NCBI GenBank assembly: GCA_038087875.1 | Contig: CM075993.1 | Location: 10,914,001-10,978,000 of the forward strand | Origin: Malacoraja senta | Taxonomy: Eukaryota | DNA: 64,000 nucleotides | Direction of reading: 5' to 3' | Shown: piece after piece, positions 13,511-25,141 of the stretch | Layout: every line of letters starts with the position of its first letter | Numbering within the stretch: the first letter of the stretch is position 1 | Made by a program: the position numbers and the translations under genes | The notes under the pieces: generated by a model | Database searches by the model: none | Told to the model about the DNA's origin: nothing | What the model saw: only the letters and a program-made list of their open reading frames with translations

Positions 13511-14039
13511 TTAAGTGCTGGAGTAACTCAACGGGTCAGGCAGCATCTGTGGAGGAAAAGGATTGGTGACATTTTGGGTCAGGACCCTTCTTCAGCAGGA
13601 AGGTTTAACCCGAAACGTCCCCCATGCTTTTTCTCCAAAGACGCTGCCTGACCCGCTGAGTTATCCAGCCTGATCACTTTGTTATTGTTGACATTTTTAC
13701 CAAAGCCAATTTACCTACAAACCTGTACGTCTTTGGAGTGTGGGAGGAAACAGGAGCACCCGGAGAAAACCTAGGTGGTCCCGAGGAGAACGTACAAACT
13801 CCGCACAGACAGTACCCGTAGTCAGGATCGAATCTGGGTCTCTGGCGCTGTGAGGCAGCAACTCTACCGCTGCCCCACCGTGCCACTGTACGGCCTTTCT
13901 ATAACATTGCAGCAGAGATGGTGGTGGAGGCAGATACGACAGTGGCATTTTAGAGGGTTTTGGACAGGCACATGGATAGGTAGGGAATGGAGGGATATGT
14001 AGGGAATGGATATGCAGGGAATGGTGGGATATTGTAGCC

Positions 14040-14570
14040 ATCGTGGCCATCGTAGAGTCTGTTCTCACCTTCTCCATCATGGTCTGGTTTGGCTCAGCCA
14101 CCAATCACGACACCCGGAGGCTGCAGTGAATCGTCAGGATCAGCAGAGAAGGTTATTGGCTGCAACCTTCCCTCCATTGATGAACTGTACACTGCAAGGG
14201 CCAGGAAGCGAGCGGGCAAGATCATCTCTGACCCCTCTCACCCTGGCCACAAACTCTTTGAATCACTTCCCTCTGGAAGGCGACTCCGGATTGTCAAAGC
14301 TGCCACAGCCAGACATAAAAACAGTTTTTATCCACGAGTAGTTGCTCTACTCAACAGCCAAAAATCTGTAGCCTCCCTTTGATCTGGTATTTTGTTGGTT
14401 CACATGCTTGATCAATGGTGTTTTATCATTAATGTTTTATTATTATTAATGTTTAGTGTTTTCTGAGTCATTCATAACTGTCACTGTATGTTATGTTGTT
14501 ACTTGTGGGCGGAGCACCAAGGCAAATTCCTTGTATGTGAATACTTGGCCAATAAACTTACTTACTTACT
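14040..14570 (+). mobile_element. Rex1/Babar-clade LINE 3' end
   Basis: DPSHPGHKLFESLPSGRRLR..SFYP motif, (CTTA)n tail; near-identical 3' UTR at 42545-42697. Confidence 0.85.
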
Positions 14571-14699
14571 TTTATCATGTGCAGGCGGATGACATTAGTT
14601 TAATTTGGCATTATGTTCAGCATGGACACTGTGGGCCGAAGGGCCTGTTCCTGTGCTGTCCTGTTCTATCTTCACTATATACTCCAGCCTGGACTATCG

Positions 14700-15420
14700 T
14701 AGGCCCCCCTCGGTCATGACTTACCATGTGTGATGAATCCTAGTTGTTGGCTGCTTGCTCCAAACCTCAGCTAGAGCAGCGCCCCTTGTGGCTGAAGAGA
14801 CCAATGCGGGAGTGACAGTCTCTGTGGCAAAGGTCACATTTGTGTGTGTGTGGTCTCTGGTTTGTTGAAGTTGCCGCGCTCCTTTCTGCGCGCCCGCTGC
14901 GTTCAACAGTTTCTCTTCCCCCGTTTTGAGATGTTGGTTCAGGGTACCTCTCCACCTCGTGCGGTCGGCTGCGAGGCTCTCCCAGGACTCCACATCGATG
15001 TCGAGCGCCTTCATATCTCTCTTGCAGACATACCTTGTGACGTAGCTGGGGGCGGCCGATGGTTCTCCTCCCAGATGTCAGCTCTCCATAGAGGATGTCT
15101 CTAGGAATACGGCCATCCTCCATGCGGTGGACATGGCCCAGCCACCGCAGTTGAGTGTACATACTGGGAAGGCCAGCGCGAGACAGGATCTCGGCGTTGG
15201 ACGCTCTGTCTTGCCAGGATATGCCCAGGATCCGGCGGATGCTTCTCAGGTGGAAGGTGTTGAGGCTTCTCTCCTCTCTGGCATATGTAGTCCATGTCTC
15301 ACTGCCGTACAGCGGCGTGCTGTTGACACAGGCGTTGTAGACGGCTGTCTTTGTCTTCACTGTCAGCTTTGGGTTGGTCCACACTCGAGTTGTGAGGTGA
15401 GTGAGAGTTGTAGCTGCCTT
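14700..15420 (-). mobile_element. RTE-clade LINE 3' fragment (frameshifted)
   Basis: LYGSETWT..LRWLGHVHRMEDGRIPRDILYGEL; terminal CDLC..HSRIGLFSH zinc-finger-like motif. Confidence 0.85.
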
Positions 15421-16000
15421 CCCACCTGTACGTCTTTGGAATGTGGGAGAGAACCGAAGATTTTGGGAGAGAACCCACGCAGGTCACGGGGAGAGCGTAC
15501 AAACTCTGTACATACAGCGCCCGTGGACAGGATCGAACCCGGGTCTCTGGCGTTGTGAGGCAGCAACTGTACCGCTGCGCTCTTCATTCATTTCTTAGAT
15601 CAGGGGAGATTAAAAATCGTGTGTATGTGGAGGCTTTGGAGAGGGTGCAGAGGAGGTTTGCCAGAATGATGCCTGGATTAGTGTGTATTCACTACAAGAG
15701 GAGCTTGGACAGACTTGGATTGTTTTCTCTGGAATTTATGTTAGACTTTTGAGATACAACGTGGAAACAGGCCCTTCGGCCCACCGAGTCCCGCTGACCA
15801 GTGATCACCCTGTACACAACACAATACAATACAATACAATACACAATACAATACGGTTTTATTCGTCACATTGCACATAAAGTGCAAGTGAAATGAATTT
15901 GCCAGCAGCGGTACAATAATAAAGAACACACAAAAACACACTTAAAATTTAACACAAACATCCACCACAGCATTCATCACTGTGGTGGAAGGCACAAAAA

Positions 16001-16468
16001 TTTTCCGATCAAGGTGTGACAGTACGAGGTTCAGTGTTGTTGAGACTGCGTCCTCTGTGGATCGGTTGGCTCTGTAGGCGAACTGCAGTGGGTCTAGGTC
16101 GGCAGGTAGACTATTTTTGATATGCTGCATAACCAGTCGCTCAAAACACTTCATTACTATGGGTGTTAGAGCCACTGGTCGAAAGTCATTATGGCAGGCT
16201 GGGTTTGGTTTCTTCGGGACAGGGACGAAGAGTGCCACCATCGTCCCTGTCCCGAAGAAACCAAACCCAGCCTGCCATAATGACTTTCGACCAGTGGCTC
16301 TAACACCCATAGTAATGAAGTGTTTTGAGCGACTGGTTATGCAGCATATCAAAAATAGTCTACCTGCCGACCTAGACCCACTGCAGTTCGCCTACAGAGC
16401 CAACCGATCCACAGAGGACGCAGTCTCAACAACACTGAACCTCGTACTGTCACACCTTGATCGGAAAA
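16001..16468. repeat. 228-bp inverted duplication (fold-back) with a 12-bp spacer
   Basis: 16001-16228 is the reverse complement of 16241-16468; the same 37-aa N-terminus appears in ORFs on both strands. Confidence 0.95.
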
Positions 16469-17711
16469 ATACTTATGCCAGGATCCTCTTCATAGACTTC
16501 AGCTCTGCTTTTAATACAATCATTCCGCAGCAGTTGGTGGAGAAGTTGGAGCTATTGGGAGTTGATGCTGGCACATGTAACTGGGTCCTGAACCTTCTGT
16601 CGCAACGGCAGCAGACAGTCAGGGTGGGCAGTATGACATCAAAAACCATAGCCGTGAGCACTGGCTCGCCCCAAGGCTGTGTCCTAAGCCCCCTGCTGTT
16701 TAGTCTGCTAACACACGACTGTACTGCTAGACTCAACAACAACTTCATCAACAAGTTCGCTGATGACACAACAGTGGTGGGTCTCATCAGTGACAATGAT
16801 GAGTCGGCGTACAGGATGGAGGTGGAGCTGCTCACAGGATGGTGCAAATCCCACAACCTCATTCTCAACGTGGGAAAAACGAAGGAGATGGTGGTTGACT
16901 TCAGGAGGGCGGGAAAACAACACCATACACCTCTGCACATCGATGGAGCTGATGTGGAAAGGGTCAACAGCGTGAAGTTCCTAGGACTCCACCTGTCAGA
17001 TGACCTGACGTCCACGACCAACACCACAGCACTGGTCAAGAGAGCCCAGCAGCGACTACACCCTCTCCGAAGACTGCGTAAAGCAGGTCTCCCCACTACA
17101 CACCTACGAACTTTTTATAGGGGGACAATCGAGAGCACATTAACCTACGGCATCACTTCCTGGTTCGGGAGCTGCAAGGCGTACGAACGGCACCAACTAG
17201 ACAGGATTGTGAAGACCGCCAGCAGGATTATTGGTGCTCCACTCCCTTTCCTGCTGGACATATACAGGAAGAGATGTATCAGCAGAGCCATCTCCATCAT
17301 CAAAGACCCCTACCACCCATCCCATCACATATTCTCCATCCTGCCATCTGGGAAGAGGTACCGGAGCATTAGGTGCAAAACCAGCAGGATGCTCCTCAGC
17401 TTCTTCCCGCAGGTTATAAGACTGATAAACGGACTTTGTCCCCTGCCAAAGTATCGTGCACCAACCACCAACCTGGACACACTGCAGCAGAGCCACTGTC
17501 GTGCCGCTGCCGATCGGAACGCCTGTTGATGTTTACTAGAGTAGAGTGTTAATTTGTTCATGATATATGTATTTTTACTTCTATTTATTTTTTACTGCAC
17601 ACACTGAAATGGACACTGGTTGAGGAACGTTTTTTTGTTTCCTCTGGGTATGCGAATACTCAGGAAATGACAATAAAGATATACAATACAATACAATACA
17701 ATACAATACAA
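16229..17711 (+). mobile_element. 5'-truncated Rex1/Babar LINE with uninterrupted RT-coding frame (within ORF 16117-17529)
   Basis: [41 protein letters not shown]; (CAATA)n tail. Confidence 0.92.
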
Positions 17712-19052
17712 TTCCCCCCGTGGTCGGGACCTCAACCCTCCGCAGCCGTCGCTGCAGGCGTCCAGATGTACAGACAGGTAAAAAGTCCAGGTAAGTCCTG
17801 AATCGGTGCCTCCCCACTGGAGACCGCGGCTTCAGGTTGGTGTAGGCCGCAGGCGGACGGTCGAAGATCCCCTCCAGGGGTCCCCGGCGAGGGACCCCGC
17901 TCCTGATGGTAAGTCCACGCCGCGCCCGCGGTAGAAGTTAGCCGAGAGCCGGCGATGGGAGCTTCTTCTTCTCCCGGGTCCCCCACGAGGGATCCCAGTC
18001 TGCGGCCGCCGCGCCAGCTGGAGCTCCGCAGACCGCAACTTCAGGCGGCCGGCTGCCGCGGGCCAGCGAAATGGAGCGCTCCGCTCCTGCGAGCCCCTGT
18101 GAGGGCTCGCCCGCTCCGCGCTGAAGCCCCGTGCGCGTCTCCGGGAAAGGCCGCCCGATCCTTGCTGTTAGGCCACGGGGGAGGCGACGTGGAAAAAGTC
18201 GCCTCTCCGTGGAGGAGGCGACTGAAACGGTTCCCCCCTTACCCCCCCACACCACCCCCCACACAAAACACACCAAGAAACATTAAAAACATACTTTAAA
18301 ACACACTAAAAAAATTTAAAAAGTTTAAAAGACAAACAGGCTGCTGACAGGGCTGCCGGCTTGCAGTGCCCCCACCGACCGATACACTAGTACTGTCTTA
18401 CATACAAGGGTCAATTTACAATTTTACTGAAGCCAATTAACCTACAAACCTGTACGTCTTTGAAGTGTGGGAGGAAAGGAAAACCCGGAGAAAACCCACG
18501 TGGTCCCAGTGAGAACGTACAAACTCCATACACACACCACCCATAGTCAGGATGGAACCCGGTCTGTGGTGTTGTGAGGCAGCAACACTACCGCTACGCC
18601 ACCGTGCAGTTTGTAGTTTATCTATCGCTGCAACACTATATTCAGCACTCTGGCGTTTTTCTCTTTGCACGACCTGTGGTACTTGTATATGGTTTGATTG
18701 TTCTCATGTACAGTATAATTTGAATGGACCAGTTTAGTTTACCGTCACGTGTACCGAGGTTACAGTGCAAAGCTTTTGTGTCTGCTAACCAGTCAGCAGA
18801 AAGACAATACATGATTACAATCGAGCCATTAACAGTGTATAGATACATGATAAGGGAATAGCGTTTAGTGCAAGGTAAAGCCAGGAAGGTCCGATCAAGG
18901 ATAGTCCGAGGGTCACCAATGAGGTAAATAGTAGTTGAGCCCTGCTCTCTGGTTGTGGTAGGATGGTTCAGTTGCCTGATAACAGCTGGGAAGAAACTGT
19001 CTCCGAATCTGGTGGTGTGTAATAGCACGTGAGCAAAGTGTTTCACTGCAGG

Positions 19053-19480
19053 CATGGGCGAAAATCCTGGGGGTACGGGGGGAACACGCCCCCCCCCGTG
19101 CTTTGAGAGGCGGGTGACAATCCCCCCCATGTTTTGTAATCTGGACTTTATCAGGCGCCTTCTAAGGGCTGAATCGGCCCGTTCAGGGGGCCTTTCAGCA
19201 CCCGGCGCGGCTTAAAATCAAACTGCTGCATCGAGGCTCCCGATGTTGAAGCCCTCGCCGGCCGATGAAAATCCCCACCAACGGCCCGATTCAAGCCCCA
19301 CGATTCGGGTCGGACGAAGCTGCTGTTGCTGGAGTTCGGAGTCGGTCACCAACCCGGTCAGCTCCCAATGTTACCGTCCACAAAGCCCACGGCCGAAGCC
19401 TCACGTGTGCGCCCATGCGCGCGCGCGGCCGGCAAGAAATCGTGTCCCCCCCATGTTTTGATAGCGATTTCCGTGCCAGG
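19053..19480. mobile_element. Possible hAT-like MITE
   Basis: Loose TIRs (catgggcgaaaatc / gatttccgtgccagg), repeated subterminal tcccccccatgttttg, flanks ctgcagg/ctacagg. Confidence 0.45.
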
Positions 19481-19667
19481 CTACAGGTGATGAAGACAGA
19501 AGCCAACAGCGAGCTACATCGTCTGACACACAAGCGAACAAACCAATTACAGGTGACCATCTCCAACACTCCACTACATGTCGCCAAACCAGACTGATTC
19601 TTAGAGAGTTTGAAAGTATGAATCTCCTGTCCCAGTCTGGGACTGGGGGGGCAGAGTCTCCGAATGT

Positions 19668-19795
19668 GCTGACGTATAGTATGCAATGGAGCGGAACGTG
19701 GGCCTTTTTTTCATCCATTTCCGTATCCCGACCCGACCCGACCCGACCCGACCCGACTTGACTCGCAGTGTAATCAACGTTGCGGGGGAACAGTT
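19668..19795. mobile_element. Fragment of the CAAAGATC hAT-like MITE family
   Basis: Matches about 21915-22020, including the (CCCGA)n run. Confidence 0.8.
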
Positions 19796-21620
19796 TTTTA
19801 AATTATATATATATATATTTTTTTAATTATAATAAAGAAGAATAAGAAAAATAAATTAGATAATAAAGTATAGAAAAACGTGAGATATATAGTGTGTGAA
19901 GAAGTAGAAGAAAAGAGAATGAAAGAAGAAAGTTATAGAGAAGAAAATAGGGAAAAGAGAGTAAAAAAAATAAAAAAAAGAAGTAAGGAGATCATTATTT
20001 ATACTCTTGACCATCTCTCACCCAGTCACGACACAGTTAGCTTCTACAATTGTGTTGCACCATATGATTCCAAAAAGACGACAAATGGAGACCAACTCGT
20101 TATGAATTGGTCTGATTTATCTATTAGGAGGAATCGCATTTCCTCAAGATGTGCGGTGTCCAACATGCTTGAAATCCACATTTTAAGCGTTGGTATTGGT
20201 GTATTTTTTCCAAAATTTAAGTATTCATTTTTTTGCTATTATTAAACCATAATTAAAAAATAAATTTTGAGATGAATTCAATTTATTCCCATCTTCCATT
20301 ACTCCAAATATAATCAATTCAGTATTAGGTTCCATTCTTATCTTAAATAATTTTGTAAATATTTCAAAAATATCACTCCAAAATCTATAAAGTTTTATGC
20401 AGGAAACAAAAGAGTGTTATAGTTGCGTTTTGGGTTAAACATTTATCGCAAGTGGGGGATATATTTGGATAGAATTTATTCAATCTTGTTTTTGAATAAT
20501 ATAATCTATGTAAAATTTTAAATTGAATTAGATTATGTCTTGCATTAATCGAACATTTGTGAATGTATATCAAATACTTTTCCCATGTAACCTTCATAAT
20601 TTTTATCATTAATTCCCGTTCCCACTCTTCTCTAAGTACCTCTGTCGCTGGTAGGTCTATATTTAAAATACTATTATATAAATATGATATTAATTTTTGT
20701 GTCAGCTTTAATATTCATTGCTTCTTCCAATAAATCAGGAGTTATTTTTTTGATATCCTTGTATGTATTTCTTCATGAAATCGCAAACTGAAGATATTTA
20801 AAATAATGGTTGTTTTTCAATTTAAATTTTAATTGTAATTGTTGAAATGATAATAGATTTCCCTTTTCATACATGTCCCCGATTCTTTCAATTCCTAAAC
20901 TTTCCCATTGATTATATTTATCAATAAGAGATGGGTTTAAATAAAGGATTATTCGCTATTGGCATTAACAATGATAAATTTCTTAATTTTAAGGATAATT
21001 TTATTTGTTCCATATTCTTATTGTATCATGTATAATTGGGTTCTTCTTATATATTGTATTGTTCCGTTTTTTCGGGGAGAAGAGGATCGTTCCTATATTA
21101 CAAGGGAAACAATCCTCTTTCTCCATTTTTATCCATTCTGTCTGTTGGGTAGAACTGTCCAACCAATAAATTATATTCTTAATATGCACTGCCCAATAAT
21201 AATACAAAAAATTGTGAAAGTCCCCTGCCATCTTTTGGTTTACATAAGTGTTTTTTTTTAATTCTATGTGATTTATAATCCCAAATAAAATTAGTAATAT
21301 TAGAGTCTAATTTAAAAAAAAAGTATTTTGGTATATATACTGGTATAGACTGAAATAGGTATAATAATTGTGGTAGAAAGATAATTTTTATAGCATTTAT
21401 TCTACCTATTAATGTTAAAGGGAGTGCTTTCCAAAATTTAATCAGTATATTAAGTTTGTTTAATAAAGGTATAAAATTAGCATTGAATTAAAGCTTTATA
21501 TTTTCTAGTAATCTGAATACCCAAATATTTAAATTTTTCTGTTGCTATTTTAAAGGGGAACTTCAGTAAGTGTGTAGAATCTTGAGATTTTAACGTCATG
21601 ATTTCACTTTTTATTCCAAT
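19796..21620 (-). mobile_element. L1 ORF2 3' fragment (degraded, AT-rich)
   Basis: IQFKILHRLYYSKTRL..CDKC; similar to the L1 ORF at 59083-60195. Confidence 0.85.
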
Positions 21621-21864
21621 ACAGGCGGATTCAGTTAGATACACAATTTGTTTAGTTTATTGTCACGTGTACAGAGGTATGGTGAAAAGGTTTTGTTGCG
21701 TGTTAACTGGTCAGCGGAAAGACAATACATGATTACAATCTAGGCCTCCACGGTGTCCAGACACATGAAGATAGACACAGAAAACTGGAGAAACTCAGCG
21801 GGTCAGATAGCATCTCTGGAGAAAAGGAATGGATGACGTTATGGGCCGAGACCCTTCTTCAGAC

Positions 21865-22292
21865 CAAAGATCCTATAGCGGAGCAAGATAGACCACTCCT
21901 GCTAAATGCAATGGGCTGACGTGTAGTACGCAACGGAGCGGAACGTGGGCCTTTTTTTCATCCATTTCCGTAACCCGACCCGACCCGACCCGACTCGCGG
22001 TGTAATCAACGTTGCGGGGAATAAATTTAATAAATAAACACAGTTCGTGTTAATAAATTTAAATTCTGAAAATGAGGAGAAGATTTTTCCCAAATAACTT
22101 TTATTTTTACGAGGATGTTTCCGTAACCGGCTTCCGTCTCCGCACTAGTTATCTTTGCTCCGCTATGGGATCTTTGGTGCGGAGACGGAAGCCGGTTACA
22201 GAAATGGGGTCGAAAATTACCCATGAATCTGCCCATGACCGTACTACGTCTTTTCCGTCGAGTGGACTATCTTGCTCGCTATAGGATCTTTG
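21865..22292. mobile_element. hAT-like MITE, same family as 700-1099, opposite orientation
   Basis: CAAAGATCCTATAGCG TIRs; perfect 8-bp TSD cttcagac (21857-21864, 22293-22300). Confidence 0.92.
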
Positions 22293-22980
22293 CTTCAGAC
22301 TAGAAACGTCACCTATTCCTTCTCTCCAGAGATGCTGCCTGACCCACTGAGATACTCCAGCGCTTTTGGTCTATCTTCGGTTTGAACCAGCACCTGCAGT
22401 TCCTTCCTACACATCCTGTGTACATGATATAGGGAATAATGTTTAGTGCAAGATACAATCCACTAAAGCCCCGATTAAAGATAGTCCGAGGGTCTCCAGT
22501 GAGGGAGTGTAAAAGGTACACTGCAGAGTCTGTGTTCATATTGAAGGTTTTCCAAATGACAGCAACCCTCCTTGCAGCTCGTTGATCCTTATTGCCAGTT
22601 TAATCTGTGAATCCTTGACATGCATGATTAATTAGGCACACTGGTTGCTACACAATGTAAACATGGCAGCTCCCACTGCAACACAGCCGGGATGCTGTGC
22701 CTGCTTGGTTCTGAAGCAGAAACACACACGCAGCAGTATAAAGCAAAGTTCACCCCTCTCGCTTTTTCAGTTCTTAGAAAATGAGTCGCAGTGCTACCGC
22801 CGCCCAAATCCACGCGTCCCTGGGAGTGTGGGCGGAAACCGGAGCACCCGGGGGAAACCCACCTGGTCACGGGGAGAACGTGCAAACTCGCACGGACAGC
22901 AGCCGAGGTCAGGATCGAACCCGGGTCTCTGGCGCTGTGAGGGTGGGTGGGAGGGTTTAGTCCGTGTGATCATTCCCGAG

Positions 22981-23146
22981 TGCAGCTGACCAGTGCAGTG
23001 CAGCTGACCAGGTGAATGCAGCTGACCAGTGCAGTGCAGCTGACCAGTGCAATGTAGCTGACTGGTGCAGTGCAGCTGACCAGTGCAGTGCAGCTGACCA
23101 GTGAAATGCAGCTGACCAGTGCAGTGCAGCTGACCAGTGCAGTGCA
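22981..23146. repeat. 18-bp minisatellite, about 9 copies
   Basis: Unit tgcagctgaccagtgcag. Confidence 0.95.
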
Positions 23147-23596
23147 CACAACTACCCCCCTCTCTGCTCAGTCGGAAAGGGAACTGGCTTTCACTAGCAC
23201 CTCTCTTTGTCAACTGCCTCCGAGCACCAGAGACCCGGGTTCGATCCTGCCCTCGGGGTGCTGTCCGTGTGGAGTTTGCACGTTCTCCCTGTGACCACAT
23301 GGGTTTTCCCCCGGGTGATCTGGTTTCCCCCTCACATCCCAAGGACATGTGTATTTGAAGGTTAATTAGCCTCTGTATATTGCCTCGAGTGTGTCGGAAG
23401 TGGATGAGAAAACGGGATAGAATATAGCTAGTGTGAATGGGGGAAGAAAGGACACAACCTGAAACATGACCCATTCCTTCCAGAGATGCTGCCTCTCCCG
23501 CTGAGTTACTCCAGCTTTTTGTGTCTGTCTGATTGTTGGTCAGCATGGACTCTGTGGGCCGAAGGGCCTGTATCTCAAATTAAATAAAACTAAACA

Positions 23597-23893
23597 CCAC
23601 CGGAAATTGGAGGAGCAGCACCTCATATTCCGCTTGGGCAGTCTGCACCCTAGCGGCATAAACATGGACTTCTCCAATTTCCGGTAGCCCCTTGCTGTCT
23701 CCTCCCCTTCTCAGCTCTCCCTCAGCCCTCGGGCTCCTCCTCTTCCTATCTCCTTTCTCCTTTCTTCTTCCTGCCCCCCCCTCCCCCCCACCCTACATAA
23801 GTCTGAAGAAGGGTTTTGGCCTAAAACGTTGCCTATTTCCTTCGCTCCATAGATGCTGCTGCACCCGCTGAGTTTCTCCAGCACTTTTGTCTA
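23597..23893 (+). mobile_element. Penelope-like element 3' end (family B)
   Basis: HRKLEEQHLIFRLGSLHPSGINMDFSNFR* (end of the GIY-YIG domain), pyrimidine-rich UTR, then a degenerate hammerhead motif at 23803. Confidence 0.85.
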
Positions 23894-24288
23894 ATCCCTT
23901 GGACGTTCACTTCAGTGGGTTAATTCTCTCAACCCCCACCATTTGAAGATAATCGTCAACAACACACAACTTGCCTTTAACCAATCTGTACTAATTTCAG
24001 TTTATTAAGGTGTGGTTTTTAAATGTCAATTAATTTTGTTCAACATGTTGAGTTTCCTGGATTGTTATGGCCTCAAAATGTTTCCGTTTCGGCTGACAGC
24101 GTAGTTATTGCCAGATTTGACCCCCTCAACTTTTTATATAAAATCGAGTCTACATTTTGCAATTTACTGCTCTGGCATCATTCCCAGATTTAAAGAGGGT
24201 TCAGCGTTGGGGTGAGCCTTTGCAGCAAGCAGCCTTGCTCAGAGGCTAAGGCCGGCTCTTGGGCTCCACAGTGGGAACTTTAGTTTAG

Positions 24289-25141
24289 TAAAGTAGTAAA
24301 GTAAAGTAAGTTTATTTATATAGCGCCTTTCAATCAGATTACTGAAACCAAAGCGCTTTACAGACAATTAACCATATAAATAAAAATAAAAAGGTAGAAT
24401 AAAAAAGACACGACACACTATTTAGAGAATTCAACATGAACATCCCCCCACAGCAGAGTCGACAATCTCCACCGTGAGGGAAAGGCACCAAAGTGTCCCA
24501 GTCCTCCTCCTAGTCCACCCGAGATCGGGGCCAGTCTGAGGCCTCCGCAGCCAGTCGCCGCAACGGCAGCCCGATGTTGTAGACTCACCCGCCGGGAAGC
24601 TGGAACACCGGCATCGGGTGGGAAGTCCTCAACGGCTTGGAAGTGTCTGGAGCGGCCGCTCCTTCCCCGGAGACTGCGACGCCCGCGGACTTCAGGCCGC
24701 GCCGGTTGGAGTTTCGACTCTGCGGTGTTTTTGATCCAGCGCCGCCCGCCCGTGGCGGGATGCCCTCAAACCGCAGACCGCAGACCACGGCTGCTCGATG
24801 TTGGTGGTCGGCGGTCACAGCACTCCGGAGCGGCGACCCGACAAGGCATCGCCCGCTCCCCGTTGGTGTCCCAGCGCTGTGCCGCCGAAGCTGTGGTCCC
24901 CGGCAGGAAACGCCGCTCCAGCCCGATGGAAGGCCGCATGGGAGACCGGAGACGCGATTCGGAGGAAAACCGCATCTCCGACCAGGTAGGACTGGGGTTA
25001 AAACAGTTCCCCCCCCCCCCCACATAAAAAGAATAGACTCCAAATAATAAAAAAATAAAAATATTCAAACAATAAAAGAGTTAGACGACGGACTGCAGGC
25101 AGGCTGCCATACAACGGCGCCCACTCCTGCACATCCGCCAT
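24289..25141 (-). mobile_element. GC-rich non-autonomous retroelement with an L2-type 3' tail
   Basis: 3' end TGAAAGGCGCTATATAAATAAA-(CTTTA)n; ctttagtttag repeated at 24278-24288 and 25142-25152. Confidence 0.7.

Larger units (their letters stand above)
15818..18382 (-). mobile_element. GC-rich non-autonomous retroelement with (TATTG)n tail, inserted in a SINE and split by Rex1
   Basis: tacac direct repeat at 15813-15817 and 18383-18387; the SINE resumes across the insertion; body resembles 24289-25141. Confidence 0.65.

Noticed and set aside
16117..16228. N-terminus of the 470-aa ORF as a novel domain
   Set aside because: It is the antisense reading of the inverted duplication, not real coding sequence.
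24585..25068. GC-rich ORFs or a host CpG-island promoter (also 17732-18299)
   Set aside because: They lie within a dispersed element with a tail and flanking direct repeats; ORFs are open on both strands because of GC content.
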